A DNA stretch of 64,000 nt from Asterias rubens (GCF_902459465.1 NC_047062.1:20460001-20524000), one strand, 5' to 3'. Shown: positions 51,001-64,000, numbered from the stretch's first letter. Translations and numbers: made by a program. Notes: generated by a model not told the origin, from the sequence alone.

Positions 51001-53957
51001 AATACTAGTTATAGACATAATTTAAAACATTAACTTTCCACACCGGCGATAACAATTTAACATCGAAGCAAAGTGTCATATACCGTTGTCAAACAGACTA
51101 CAACTATCACTTACTGTAAATGACATCAACTATTAATAAGTGGGAAATAAAATTTCTTTCCTATAATATTTTTAAATTGTATATATGATTTGAGGCATTG
51201 CATGGTGAGGTATCAAAATATATTGAAAGAAAGACAGTTCTCTGCCTGGCAAGTAGATACACACATGGTGTTGTTACTGCAAACCAAATGTATATGTTTT
51301 AAATTGGGTGCACAAGTATAGAAGGAAAAAAACATAGACAAAGAACCCCAATAAATACAAACAGCGTGGGTAGCTTATCTTACGATTACCATAATACACA
51401 GCTTGGGCTGGTGTTGATAACATCCATAAGGGGGGGGGGGGGGGGGGTACAGATTTCCCTGAGGAGGGTTGTTGCGACAAAATGAAATCTACCACGGATA
51501 ACATTAACATTTCTCAAGCTTTTACACTTATTAGGGCAATATTCTCCTTGTTTGTGTTTTTCATTCAAAGCTGTGTGTAGGATCCGTATAAACATCTTAT
51601 TAATCATTCAAGTATAAGTCAAACATTTCCTAGGTTGTAAATCTGAAAATAAAAACGACATAGGTTAATTTGGTTCGTGGTTCCAATATCACTAGTATAT
51701 TATTTCCATCTGAATAAAAAATTGTGTCACTTTTGACGAATTTATGGTAATGATGCTTTTATTTGAAAACTACCACAGGGAGTCGCACTCTACGCTCACG
51801 TGACTTTCAAATCTGTCTGCGTTATTACATTATCTTTTTCTAGGTCGAAAGTGCATCTACCATAAATGTTTCTCAGTTAATCTTGTATACAGACAGACCC
51901 ACATTTTTTTTTATAAAACAAAGCTTTCACCAGTTTGGCAGTATTTTACAGATGTTTGATATTGAAGTATTGTGAAGCACACGTATCCACTCCATTTAGG
52001 TGCTCAGGGCACTGGACCAAAAAGAGAAATACATTAAGTTTGAAGCTTGTGAATTATAGACACATTTTGTGTAAGGGTTCAAGGTTCAACGCGCCAAATT
52101 GACATAATGACATCAAATCGCTAAATACGAAGATTGAAAAGGAATTACCAAAATAACATTACAACATAAAAATACAAAGAATCCCCTCTTATAAATCGCG
52201 ACAACTTTTTGTAAAGCATAGAAGTACAAATAATCGTCAAATAAAATATAATAAAAAAAAAACAGGCGAAAAAAAGAAGCGTATTTTTGCAGGAACATTG
52301 CAAGCGTGAAAATTCACCGGTCGAGTTTGTTTGCCTAATGAGCCGAGCGGGGGAAGGTGAACGTTATTACAAGACTCCTTTGATTATCGTCAAATTGTCG
52401 CCAAGTGTTCTATCGATTTCACGCTGGTTCATTGACGGGTCCAACCCACTCTATAATTGCTCTCGGCATTCAGTTGCAAATCATGTGAACAATATCTCCC
52501 CCAGGTACCGTAACGTACATAGTTACATTATAATACTTGTATTTCAACTTGTATGTTGTATACTATCAAATTCAATGGTGTTTTTTCACTAAGAGAATGG
52601 AAACTGTTGAAGTTAACTGAGTCTTGGGAGTCTAGTTTGGCACCTTGTTATGTTTATACAAAACATTAGGATTGAAAAACGAAACATTAAGACAAAGTAG
52701 TCTAATCACAATGAACCAAACGAGATTTCGGACACATAAAGCTTTGGTCAAATATATTATTCTTTGAAACTACATTCATAAAATTAATGTCTGGTTATGT
52801 ATATTACAATGAAATTACACAGTTTCAGTTTCCACACAAGATGTTTTTTCTCTGAGAGTAATAATATATAAACAGTTTGGAGTGCGAATTAATACCGAAG
52901 GTTGCCTATCTCCATGGAACAATTCCACCACATCCTAAATTACATTTGATCTTTCTAGAGCAATTGGTACCTGTTGACATAATCACTCTGGACATCTTTT
53001 ATCCGATGAACAATTTTAATCGAAACACAAATCAGGAAACAAACTCATTCTTGCATCTATAACCCACTTATGAGGGTTTTCTATGTGCCATATGGGCGAT
53101 CGCCACACCAATAACTACCTGCCAACTAATGTCTCCTCAAAGTATACACAAAATATTCACATTCGTCTGGAGTGACAAATTTGCTATACTTCAGATTCTG
53201 TGAATATGTGAACGCTGAGACAGTCACAAGCCGATGGATAGGGGTGATAAAAACACCCACTTACGTATTCACGACATCCCATGAGAGAACTTGTTCAGAA
53301 GTAGGAATAAGATATGCCAAAAAATACACACATATTATATTATTACTGAAAGATCATGGCTCACGGGTCAACATTGCTATAGGTTTAGATCCGAGACGCC
53401 CTTTTTATGTGTGTACGCAAAACTTTCAATCATGACGAAATTTCGAAGTCGATTTAAAAGCAAATTTATACAATTGATATTTGGAACCGTTCAATTTCTT
53501 GTAATTTAATATTGTTGCGTTTTTCAGTTATTGACAAAAATCTGGAGCGAATAATTATGTCCAAGCAGAAAAAATAATCCCAAGTACACAATCCGAGAGA
53601 CATTCCTAGCAGCTGATTCAAATTTTGAGGGATACAAACTGATTTCTTTTATACTAACCACATTACTTCGAAGTTAAATGGTTCTAAAAAATGCTTTATC
53701 TATCGAAAGCTGCTGTAGAATTCTATGCCACAAGTTTTAAAAGTGGTTCACTAAACGTCTTCTCTTTAAATGTTGCATTCTTTGACATATCCCCCTGCTC
53801 CTTGTTGTGAAATTTAAGTAACACTAGCATTGTGGTTGAAATGTTTTGTTTTGGTTTTACGTTCTTCAATTATAATATTTTATCTAAATAACAATGTGCC
53901 AGACTATACTCTCAAGACTCAGTTAGCTTTAACAGTTTCCACATGTCTATGGGGATA

Positions 53958-54257
53958 CACTATAAAAACCAGGGCTAAAAACTAAACAGTTGAATCCAAC
54001 ACTTGCATGGGTTCGGTGAGTGACTACACTTTGAACGTGTTAAATACAGCATTTTAAAGTATTCGGTCAACAATTATTTTAAGTGTCAGTTTAACGTTTA
54101 AAAAGCTGATCCAACAATCCAAGAGAATTTTTTTCGGTGAGAAATGTGGGAAATAAAACTTAAATTGTTGAATTAACCGTTTTTGCGTTGGATAAAAAAT
54201 GTAGTCACTCACCGAACTCCTGCAAGTGTTGGATTCAACTCTTTAATTTTTAGAGTG
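53958..54257. mobile_element. CACTA/EnSpm-like MITE
   Basis: TA|CACTATAAAAA...TTTTTAGAGTG|TA with long subterminal inverted repeats (gttgaatccaacacttgca). Confidence 0.7.
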
Positions 54258-56097
54258 TAGGGGTGGGGTGGGGGGGGGGGGGGTAGACAACCAGCACAAG
54301 GTTTCATATTTTGCTGACACAGCTGTGATTATTATGATATCATATCATAACCATCTCGTCAACGCAGCATCGATCAAATGATAAACAACCACTGTTTATG
54401 GAAAACGAGCAATAACAGTGTCTTTAGATTAATCATTTCTTATTATGCACCCGGGGCCTGGTAATTTACAACGCCAACAGGTATCTTTGCTGCGTCGTCT
54501 TCGTTTAAATTTACACACGATTGGTGATATTGATCTGTGTCCAGTTCATGCGTTGTTATTGCGAACTATATCCGTTTGTTTTGAGTTTCATTATTCCTCT
54601 GTTGTCTGGCGAACAAGTTCTTTTTGAGGCTTGGTTATGTGCGATACTAAACTATTTTATTTTATTTATACCCCAAAACATGAACTTTATCCGAACTGTT
54701 AAAGGAAATGGCATATATGTTGAAGGCGTATGCTTTTAATATGTTCGGAAAAATGTTTTTGAGTGAACACTTTTCCGAACAATATTACTTCGAAGGGAAT
54801 GCTCTAAAAAAGGTTTTACATCAACAGCAGCCGTAATTCTAACCACGTCAGAAGTTTTTGATATAGTAACTTGTTTTGAGCTTTAACCAATCTATGACCC
54901 TGTCTGACACAACAATATTTACAGAAGATGAGCCAATACAAAAACAACCTTTATCTATCGAGTGGAAACAGCCCACAACTTTCAACCTTATAGACATTGG
55001 ATGATGTTATTGCACTTAAGGTTAACCTTGCTTGAGCTTGCCTTCTGGGAATACATAATCTTTGATTCAGCATCGAGAGTAGAAGACAAGTTAATTTCAA
55101 AAGACAAATACAATCCATAATGATGGCAAAACCAAAAGAATAAAACAAACAAAAAACCCAAAGTAGCACCCAATAGTATAATCTAAAGAACTTTCAAAAC
55201 ATTGCCGGAGCTCAACAAGTGTTCATACTTTATGTCAAATGATCAAAACAGACGTTTGAAACGCACAACATAACGTAGGCCCACAGTATGTTCGTGAAAA
55301 CACAAAATGATGTTAATAGGTCAGTATGTGACGTCATCACACCGTAAAGAATCAATATGTCCCTCAGAATAATTGTATAATCGAATTTGCATACGCCTTT
55401 CCATTACGATGTTTTCCACAATTGTTTCGCTTGACGCGTGTTTGCTTTGTCTTTTATTCAAAGACAACCCTTTTATATTTATTTATATTTCTAGCTGGAG
55501 GTTTATAGTAAATTGGAATTTGGGGTTTTTGATTAAAGTATACATTTTATTGTCTCAATACGTTAGATAATAAAAGTATCGATCGAAGAGTACATTTTTT
55601 TCTTTGACAGTAAAGCCCCTGAAACGACATAATTGTATCAATTCGATGTACACTGATGATGTGGTATAAACGGTCGTACCACATCTGTTGTTTTTCACTA
55701 GGGTTCATTAACATGACTTTTTCCCAATTTGAAACTAAAACAATTCTGCATCCTGTCCCCCTTTGAACTGAAGATGCCCCCAGCTATACCCGTTATACAT
55801 CCCAATGCCTCTCGTGATATTTGACATTTTGATTTGTATAATTCCCACCCTACAGGTGCTCCGGGCATTCACCGTCTCAGTCGGTTCAATTCCACCCACC
55901 TGGCACACAGTGCGACTCATCACACTCACTCTCAGGGGACTTGACGAGGCGTTAATCTATCACACACGGAAGAGACTCGACCCCGGAACATTGGACTCGA
56001 TCGTTTACAAAAAAACAGTCAGTCAAAGAGTGTGAGGGTTAAAAAAAAAAAAACCGATTTAATCCACCCTTTTGCCGTTTTAACTTTTGGTGTGGTT

Positions 56098-56215
56098 ATG
56101 ACAATGAAAGTGAGCGTAACTTTTATATATGTCGCCTGCACGGCTGCACTGCTGATCCTTGTGAGCTCCCCGGTGAAGGGAGCCTGGGAACCGACGGCTG
56201 GGTGCCACTTAGTGG
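56098..56215 (+). CDS. GPA2: Glycoprotein hormone alpha-2 (GPA2/thyrostimulin alpha-type) precursor, coding exon 1 of 3 (130 aa, span 56098-63038)
   Basis: MTMKVSVTFIYVACTAALLILVSSPVKGAWEPTAGCHLV(G): signal peptide followed by the GCHLVG motif; donor gtaagt at 56216. Confidence 0.92.
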
Positions 56216-57332
56216 GTAAGTGAAGTCAGGAAAACTCATTGAAACCCGTTCTTATAAAGATTGGATCACCAAATGACTGAACCCATCGAATAGCGAAACC
56301 TTAACCTCTACCCAGAAACCCGTTAAACAATAGATGCACAAAGACATTTACAAAACTCTATGCAAAAACTTTCAGATCTGATGCCTGAACGTTCTTACCA
56401 TCTACTTTAGTCGGGTCAAAAACATGGGTCTGGGAACGCCACTCCCTCCCTCGACACAATCATGACTCAGTACTTGGCAAGTCAACACGTTTAAGACGAT
56501 AGGCTAATTTGCATGTTAACTTCCATCCATCTTAAAATCGATGTCAACCGAGGATCGAATTCAACACATTATAAATGTCAGTACTGTTCCAAAGTCTACA
56601 AAGACTACAGTGTACTTTTCTTTGTTTTTTGCTCATCTTGGTTCTGGGCGTACGGCCTACCTGACAAAAAAGTGTAAAGGATTTTTGGCATTCGTAAGTA
56701 ATCATTATGCATTATGGGTATGGAAAAGGTAGTCTTTGGGATATTTTTTTGCAAAACAAAAATGTCACACAAATGCGCCCGTTTTGTTCAAGAGCAATTT
56801 TTTTTATTATTGACTTTTCTGGTCTTTTAAATATTTACTTTGCTTGTAAAAAAGACACATGGCCTCGTGCCCTTTTTCCGGGCACATGGAAACACTGAAA
56901 ATAATTCAATGTGTGCTTCATTCTTTTCTCGTAAGAAAGGCAACATTCTTATTCCTCCTTATTTTGCTATAACTCAGAAAGAGAACCTTATTCTAACATT
57001 ACAGACGACTGATATACACTGTATACATACAGTCTGATGATAAATTGGCAAACAATTCCTATAAGATGATCTTTACATGTTAAGTGTCAGGAGGCTGTCA
57101 TGTCAGCCGTTCAATTTATCCTCCGGGATCTTTTGATTTAATTTGGCTAGTTTGACAATAGCGTGAATGACTGCATTTACAAATGTGATCAAAATAAAAG
57201 CTTAGGGCTGTACTCTCTGCGGGCCGAAGGGGACTAAACACAGATTGTGTCAAACTGTATCTGAAACTGCATAATGAATACTGAATAACTGAGTGAAGAG
57301 TATTGATATAAAAAAATACGTTTGCCAATAAC

Positions 57333-57720
57333 ATGTTTTGAGGGTCAAGTTTCAAGAGATACTAAGGAAAAAATTGCCATCAGTCATGTGCGTAATTCGT
57401 CCCGAACATTTAAGCTAAATGATATTTCAAAGAAATTAAGGACGATCAACCAACTTGTTTGTGTAAATTGAGCACTGAATACCGCGCCAAGAAAATTGAC
57501 TTAAATCAAACATGTTTGTCATGAACATGTTTTGAGGGTTAAGTTTCAAGGTATACTTATGGAAAATGTTTGCCATCAGTCCCACATAAACTCATGTGCG
57601 TAAGTCGTCCCGAACATTTAAGCTAAACATGTTTGTCATGAACATGGTTTGAGGGTTAAGTTTCAAGATATACTTATGGAAAACGTTTGCCACCAGTCCC
57701 ACATAAACTAATGTGGCAAA
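57333..57720. repeat. Three imperfect copies of a ~90-110-bp unit in GPA2 intron 1
   Basis: Recurring catgttttgagggt.aagtttcaag..atact..ggaaaa..ttgccatcagtc. Confidence 0.8.
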
Positions 57721-58408
57721 TTGCCAAAAAATGTTAAGCTTTGTCAAAGAATATTTTAAGGATGATCAACCGATGTTTTGTGTAAATTGAAAAGAGGCTT
57801 AGCCTATGTTTAACAACACGAGTCACAACTTGAAAAAATATGTAAAGATTTATAAAAATATATTCACCCCTATTCCACATCAGACATCACATGTTTAATA
57901 GCAAATTTGTTTAATAGCAAATTTGTTGATTAAAAATACTCATTATATATGCCTATACTTAAAATGTTGTTGTGTACTAAACAGTTTCGCTCTTCGAACA
58001 TTATATTCATCTGGACTAGAATGGATGTATTACGCAATCAGCGAAGACATCATTGATAAATAATTCGGTTTGTGGGCGTTCCAGAATACTGTAAATATTT
58101 GAAGAAACTGCACAAATTCTTAATAATTAAGAAGATGACAAATATTCCTCATATGTACCGGCCAAATTATTCATTATTTATAAGATGTAGCATATTTGCA
58201 TCCTCTGAAAACGTATAAGATTATTTACAGAACAATAAACGCGGTCGTTATTGACAAAGTTTCCTGCTTCTACTGTGGTCATTGAAGACTCCAATTATTT
58301 GACATTTGTGTTAAACAAAGATGAGCTTTTTTTTATCTCGTAAAATACATTGAATGAAATATCAGGTGAAAATGTTTCATTTAGTATCTCATATAAAACA
58401 GATCTTAA

Positions 58409-58795
58409 AGACACTGGACACCTTTTGTAATTTTCAAAGGACAGTCTTCTCATTTGGTGTATCTCAACATATGCACAAAATAACAAACCTGTGACAATTA
58501 ATTGAACCTGATTGGTCTTCGAAGTTACGAGATATAATAATTGAAGATAAGAAAAAACACCCTTGTCGCACAAGCTGTGTGCTTTCAGATGCTTGATTTT
58601 GAGACCTCATTTGAGGTCTCGAATTGAGTTCAAATGCGTCAGTGAGAAATTACTTCTTCCTCCCAAACTACTTTACTTCAGAGGGAGCCGTTTCCCACAA
58701 TGTATTATACTATCAACAGCTCTCCATTGCTCATTACCAAGTAAGTTTTTACTCTAACAATTATTTTGAGTAATTACCAATAGTGTCCAGTGCCT
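58409..58795. mobile_element. TTAA-target MITE, family A (GPA2 intron 1)
   Basis: TTAA|AGACACTGGACAC...GTGTCCAGTGCCT. Confidence 0.88.
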
Positions 58796-59889
58796 TTAGG
58801 GAGGCTTTAAAAGGGCAGTTCTAAAATATAAAATGTAATAATTAAATCCATAGATAAGCAAATGAGAGGAATTAAACCTCCCAGTATTTGTGTAAATTTA
58901 TAATACAATCGGGACAAGATCTTCCATGATTTCCCATGATAAAGATATCAAAATTCACTTGGAATAATTGTCACATCTCGTGGGAAAGCAACTACAATCA
59001 TTGTGGGATTCGTTCCCTGTTAAGTATCTATTTATCCATGCATTTGGACTGTGAAGAGTGCATCTATGGTTAATGAATGATAAATGGGTGACCCCCCTTT
59101 CTTCGACATTTGGGCAAGGTCTTTGTCTGCTGTCAATTTGCTCACAGCTACTCTATAGAATAATGTTACATGTGACAAACATGTTAGCACTCATAGCCCG
59201 AATCTCATGAATTTTTATTTTATAGAGGGAAGTGTAAAACTATCAAAATACGTCATATTATAATAACAGATGTGACCACAAACACATTTCGTACAGGTAT
59301 TCGATTTATAGCCTATGCATCAAAGAAAGTTTCAGCCTCATTTTTATTCTCCCACTCTTCCTCCCGGTGGTTCTACCCCCTCCTGTTTTCTATAGGGGGG
59401 TTTGCCCTGAACCATTATTTTGTAAACTTTTTAAATATATTTTATATATATATATATTTTATTATAAAGAACTGCACATGGTGCCTCAAACATGTTGTAA
59501 AGCTTTATTACATTGACATCGGGAGGAGCTTCATAAATGAAACAGTCCCAACCTTTTTGGAAATTGGAGTGCGTTCCGGTCCTACTATTTTCTTACTATT
59601 TGCCAAATTTCAAACTTACATGCTGAGGTCTTCCAGCTCACACCAGATGGTGAAAAAAAATCGTTGTTTATGCTAATTTAAAGGAAGCTATCCTGAAGCA
59701 AACGCAGAACGCATCCATTATTGATAATACGAACAAGACATCTGCCTATTGACATCAATCACGTTGTAATGTAGTATCGCCTCAATTCACATTGACTGCT
59801 TCCATTTGTAAAATATTGAGAAATGAATTTTGATGCATAGGAATGTTGCAGCGCAGCCGTCTCTACACAAATTGCGTGTATTTTATCTC

Positions 59890-60084
59890 AAAGGACATTT
59901 TGGTATTTACTAAAACTATCTACTAGCATACAAACTTTCTCGGCAATGAGAAATTGGGAGCTGTTCATAGTAACAAACTTCGATGACCAACTGAGTAAAA
60001 ATGTTCATAGATTTGTTATTTTATGCATGTGTTGTGACACACCAAGTTGAAATACTGGTATTTGACAAAACGTGTCCAGTGTCT
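59890..60084. mobile_element. Internally deleted, diverged family A MITE
   Basis: Right end GTGTCCAGTGTCT|TTAA and partial body. Confidence 0.65.
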
Positions 60085-61957
60085 TTAAACAAGGATTCAT
60101 GCCAGGGATGATCTTTCACATGATGCATCATCAAGGCCTACGTTTCAAAATTACGTCACTCATTGATCGCGATTGCATTGGTTTGTACGCCAGCACGTGG
60201 GCAGCTTTTGCTTCTGTGTTCAAAATTTTAAAATTTATATTTACTAGGCCGTCATGTTTGTTCGTATATTCAAATTTGTGTGGGCAGATTTAACAATTTC
60301 CGCCCAAACGATGTTCGTACTTGTGTTTCAGTTTGTTCGTACTTGTGTTTCAGTTTGGCCGTACTTGTGTTTCAGTTTGTACTCGTTGGTGATTTGGGCT
60401 AAATTGTTTTGACATATCATAAGCAGAACCTTCACATTTCAAAAAGGTTTATGTATTGTTGAAGATGTACCCGCAATGTATCTGCCATTTTGTATGCATT
60501 CAGTAAGTAGAGCAAATTCTCCACTATGGCAGTCTTCAACCTTCACTCTTCACTTTGGTGACGTCACTTTTACATGTGACTGACGTCACACATTGGTATC
60601 GCGTATAGGCAAGCGTTTCATTCTTGGTATGTTTTATTTTGATTTTTAGACATCAATGCATACCTTTTTTTATTGCGCCATAATTGACAAGCCCTCCAGC
60701 TCGATTTCTGATTTCAGCGAACTTAAGCAGTAACATAAATTACGACGATGCGTTAAAAGAGGCACCACAATGCAAATCAATCAATGACCTATGCTTGTAC
60801 AGTATATTGCATTTTACCCAACCTGTGGGCAGATCAGCAATCTACTATTAATTCAATCGACAATATCGACACAGGGTAGCAGATGGATTGGATCTTGATT
60901 TGCAGTTATAGCTGAACTTCCTTACCACTGGGAATATTATTTCCATAATGCTGAGCCTACGGACAGATCAGACTGTTTTATCCTGTATTTAGAGGGGAAT
61001 GTCGTCTTGTGTTTGTGGCCAGGAGGGAGTACAGATAACGACACGTGACGTACTTTTACAACGTGCGTTTAAAATGTAGTTTCTCGAAATTAATTATTAA
61101 AAGAAGTCTTGGAATAATAATAATTTATTTCCTAGTGTAAGAAACCGATTAAAGCACATGTTAAGCACAACATAAGTTGCAGGCATATTATGTCACAATT
61201 TTGTTGTCATCCTTTGTAGTATACATACAGCTTGTTTCTAGGGCTTTAATCCGGGTCAGAATTGACCCAGAATTCGGGTTCCATTCGGCATGACTCCTGG
61301 GTCAGGCTGAACTGGGAAGTGACTAAAACTTTCTTTAAAACTCAGATGGCGTTATCTTGATTCATTTCTGGGTCATTTTGACACATATCCCGGGTCAACT
61401 GACCCGGAAAAGAGTCTGGCCCCACAGGACAAACAATTGAAAATTAACTCACAATTTGTTCAACTGGATTACATCAGTCATTGTCATTGTCATTGTGAAT
61501 TTGTTATATATTGTACGTAAAGCATTTAGCAAATTAAAATGAAACCTAAACCAATAGTTAATCACAATTAGACAAACAAGTCTCAATGAAAAAGAGAGTC
61601 ATAAAAACAGGACGGGTCAATAAAAAATAGGTAAAAAAAGTTATCTGATAAAACTATTGCTGTTAAAACTATAAGCGGCAAAAAATAGGAAGACATTAAT
61701 CCTTTTGCTATAAGGCCTGTTTTTCAAATCATAACTGATCTATATTGGTTACATTCAATGAGTGTAGAAGATGTGTGCTGTTTGACAAAATACATTTAAC
61801 TGTTTTCATAACACCATAACATCTTCCAATTTCTGAAGGCTATACGCATGCAGCGCCCATTTCCCATTAGTGGCGTCTCGATTTCACAAATTTCTGCCGC
61901 AGTTTTTCTCCTATAGCCTGCAGACTAACTATAACACTGTTTTGTATAATCTTACAG

Positions 61958-62136
61958 GTTACAGAAAAGAAGTCAGGGTACCAGGGTGCCACATAGAATA
62001 TGTGAAGATGAACGCCTGCAGAGGTTACTGTATGACGTATTCCTTCCTATCCGATACAGCAACACTTGAGAGAAGTGGAGGCACCCAACTATTTACGTCA
62101 CACGGATCATGCTGCTCCATAACATCGACACATGAC
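61958..62136 (+). CDS. GPA2: GPA2 coding exon 2
   Basis: (G)YRKEVRVPGCHIEYVKMNACRGYCMTYSFLSDTATLERSGGTQLFTSHGSCCSITSTHD; cystine-knot CxGxC motif; ttacag/gtaagt. Confidence 0.95.
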
Positions 62137-62942
62137 GTAAGTTTGCACTTATTTGCCATTAGAAGTCAGTTTCCAATGAAAGCCCCTATTATCTCTGAGT
62201 AGAGCAGTGGCAAGGTTTTGTTTAGGGCGCCCTCTTCCTTATATCGTTGTTCAGAGGTTACGATAGTTTTCTGTCTGTGTTTTTACGTTTTGTGTGGGAG
62301 AAATATAGGGGAGAATTCAGCCAAATTTAGTTGAACTGTTGGTATACCCATTTGTACCAACAGTGCCATAACTGTATACTTGCGCCGTTCACTTTACCGA
62401 ATAATGAAAATGTAATTCTATGGACGGTTAAATTAGTGAATCTTAATGGGACAGTTCGTATTGGATTCACCCTCAGTTTGTTTGGTTAAAATCGTACGAT
62501 AAGAATAGTTCGCTTGATTTGGGGGCAAGAATATTTGGATCTGGATATTATACTCCGATAAAAACGGATACCCGCATCGCATCAGAGTTTTATGACCTGA
62601 CCAATGACCTAGTGGAAATGTCTAAAGTGTGCTTTGATCGCTGTCTTGAAGGCTTTGTAGTCTTTTAAGTCTAGGATATTGTGGGTGAGTCCATTCCAAT
62701 GTGGTATAGTCCATGGGAAAAAAGTGTTGGCGTAAGTTGTTGTCCTGGCTTGAAGTTGCATGAGTGAGAGGGGATGGGTTCTTCTAGTAGGGCGTGTTGG
62801 TTAAGTTAGGTGCGTTTCCCAGTTTAATCGACGAGGTTGTGTAGGATGCGAAACATCACAATAATTTATAATGTCTAAGTATCCAAACTGTTTGAGTTTT
62901 CTAACTGAATTGCTGCTTATTCGTTTGTTTTCCCCGTCACAG

Positions 62943-63038
62943 GTTCACATCACACTACAATGCGAAAACAACCAAGTATACAAAGACACCTTCAAGTCTG
63001 CAAAGACCTGTAGTTGCGCCCTCTGTAGTACGCAATAA
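62943..63038 (+). CDS. GPA2: GPA2 coding exon 3 (terminal)
   Basis: VHITLQCENNQVYKDTFKSAKTCSCALCSTQ*; tcacag acceptor; CxC..C end. The mature chain has 10 Cys, as in GPA2. Confidence 0.93.
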   Translation, partial: VHITLQCENNQVYKDTFKSAKTCSCALCSTQ

Positions 63039-63060
63039 AAAACCGCCAAAGTTACCCCTG

Positions 63061-63231
63061 AGGTGGATTTCACAAAGGTAGTCCTAACTTAGGACTAGTC
63101 CTAGGCATTGCTAAGAGATAGGACTGGTCCTAAGTTAGGACCAGTAACTCATCCTAACTTAGGACTGGTCCTATCTCTTAGCATTGCCTATGATTAGTCC
63201 TAAGTTAGGACTACCTTTATGAAATCCACCC
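63061..63231. mobile_element. Harbinger-like MITE (CTAG-rich family) immediately after the GPA2 stop codon
   Basis: CTG|AGGTGGATTTCACAAAGG...CCTTTATGAAATCCACCC|CTG; long palindrome. Confidence 0.88.
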
Positions 63232-64000
63232 CTGGACTCGAACCACATTAAACAGCAACTGGAGCGGAAAGACACACTGGGTATGTCCCGCAAGGCTCAA
63301 TGCTTGGCCCAGTTAAGAGTCACAGCTTATTTTAGTCAACGGAATCTGACACGGTACTGATCAAAGCTTGACAACGAGCCTGACTAGCAATGCTCTACGA
63401 CGGTACTAGTTATTATACAGCTGGGGTGCCCTTCTTTGTTAGCTTCTAGTCTTATCAGTTTTCTGTTCTGCATTTTGCAGTCGTGTGCAAAATGTTACTA
63501 AGTTTGTACTAAGACTGAATGTAGTTTGGTTTACAGTCCAATTAAAACGCACCTCTGCTACCATTACACTTTTGACCTTAAAATGTCACAACTCAAATAT
63601 GTATGTACTCTTTTTTATTTACTATCCCTCCTTCGAAACAAGATATAGACACACCACTGTATCATAAAACAAATGAAATTGCAATCGTATGAAACAAAAG
63701 TACATGAAGGTGAAATTCACAAAACCCTTTTATGTTATTGAAATGTCGCCCTCTAACTGGTTGAAATTGTGACTCCAAAAACATACAATCTGGAATGTCA
63801 AGTTGTCTCTCAGACTTTAGTTTGACTATGTTATTAATATGAATTCCACGATGTTAACAAAAGCTAAAAGTTTTATTTTATACAAAGTGCACCCACATTA
63901 GTTGGATACTATTTTTTTTTACCTAGCATTGATGAGCCCGATTTGCACTTAAATATGAAACAGATGAAAGTAGAAGAAGACAACTTAAAAACACTTCTTT

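Noticed and set aside
59272-59676. 134-aa ORF in GPA2 intron 1
   Set aside because: GTG start, low-complexity T-rich sequence with a (TA)n run, and no domain.

Overview
Eukaryotic, intron-rich, AT-rich genomic DNA. The repeat content and gene sequences suggest an invertebrate deuterostome, probably a sea star (inference, not verified). Four protein-coding genes can be built from splice signals and protein similarity. (1) EGLN1/PHD2-type HIF prolyl hydroxylase on the - strand: exon 1 (MYND finger plus start of catalytic domain) and exon 2 (HxD motif); later exons lie off the left edge. (2) A divergently oriented gene on the + strand whose single coding exon encodes a 284-aa uncharacterised protein with a signal peptide, a Cys-rich ectodomain containing a C2H2-like motif, and one TM helix. 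(3) A complete 10-coding-exon ITPK1 on the - strand (385 aa), mostly invisible in the ORF track. (4) A complete 3-coding-exon GPA2-type cystine-knot hormone subunit on the + strand (130 aa); no GPB5 partner was found in the window. Introns and intergenic DNA contain TTAA-target (Kolobok/T2-like) and Harbinger-like MITEs, tRNA-derived SINEs, a decayed Penelope-like retroelement and a 57-bp minisatellite. No rRNA, true tRNA or CRISPR array was found. The most interesting items are the uncharacterised membrane protein, the GPA2 without N-glycosylation sequons, an overlapping uORF at the EGLN1 start, and three filler segments flanked by unusually long (38-74 bp) direct duplications.
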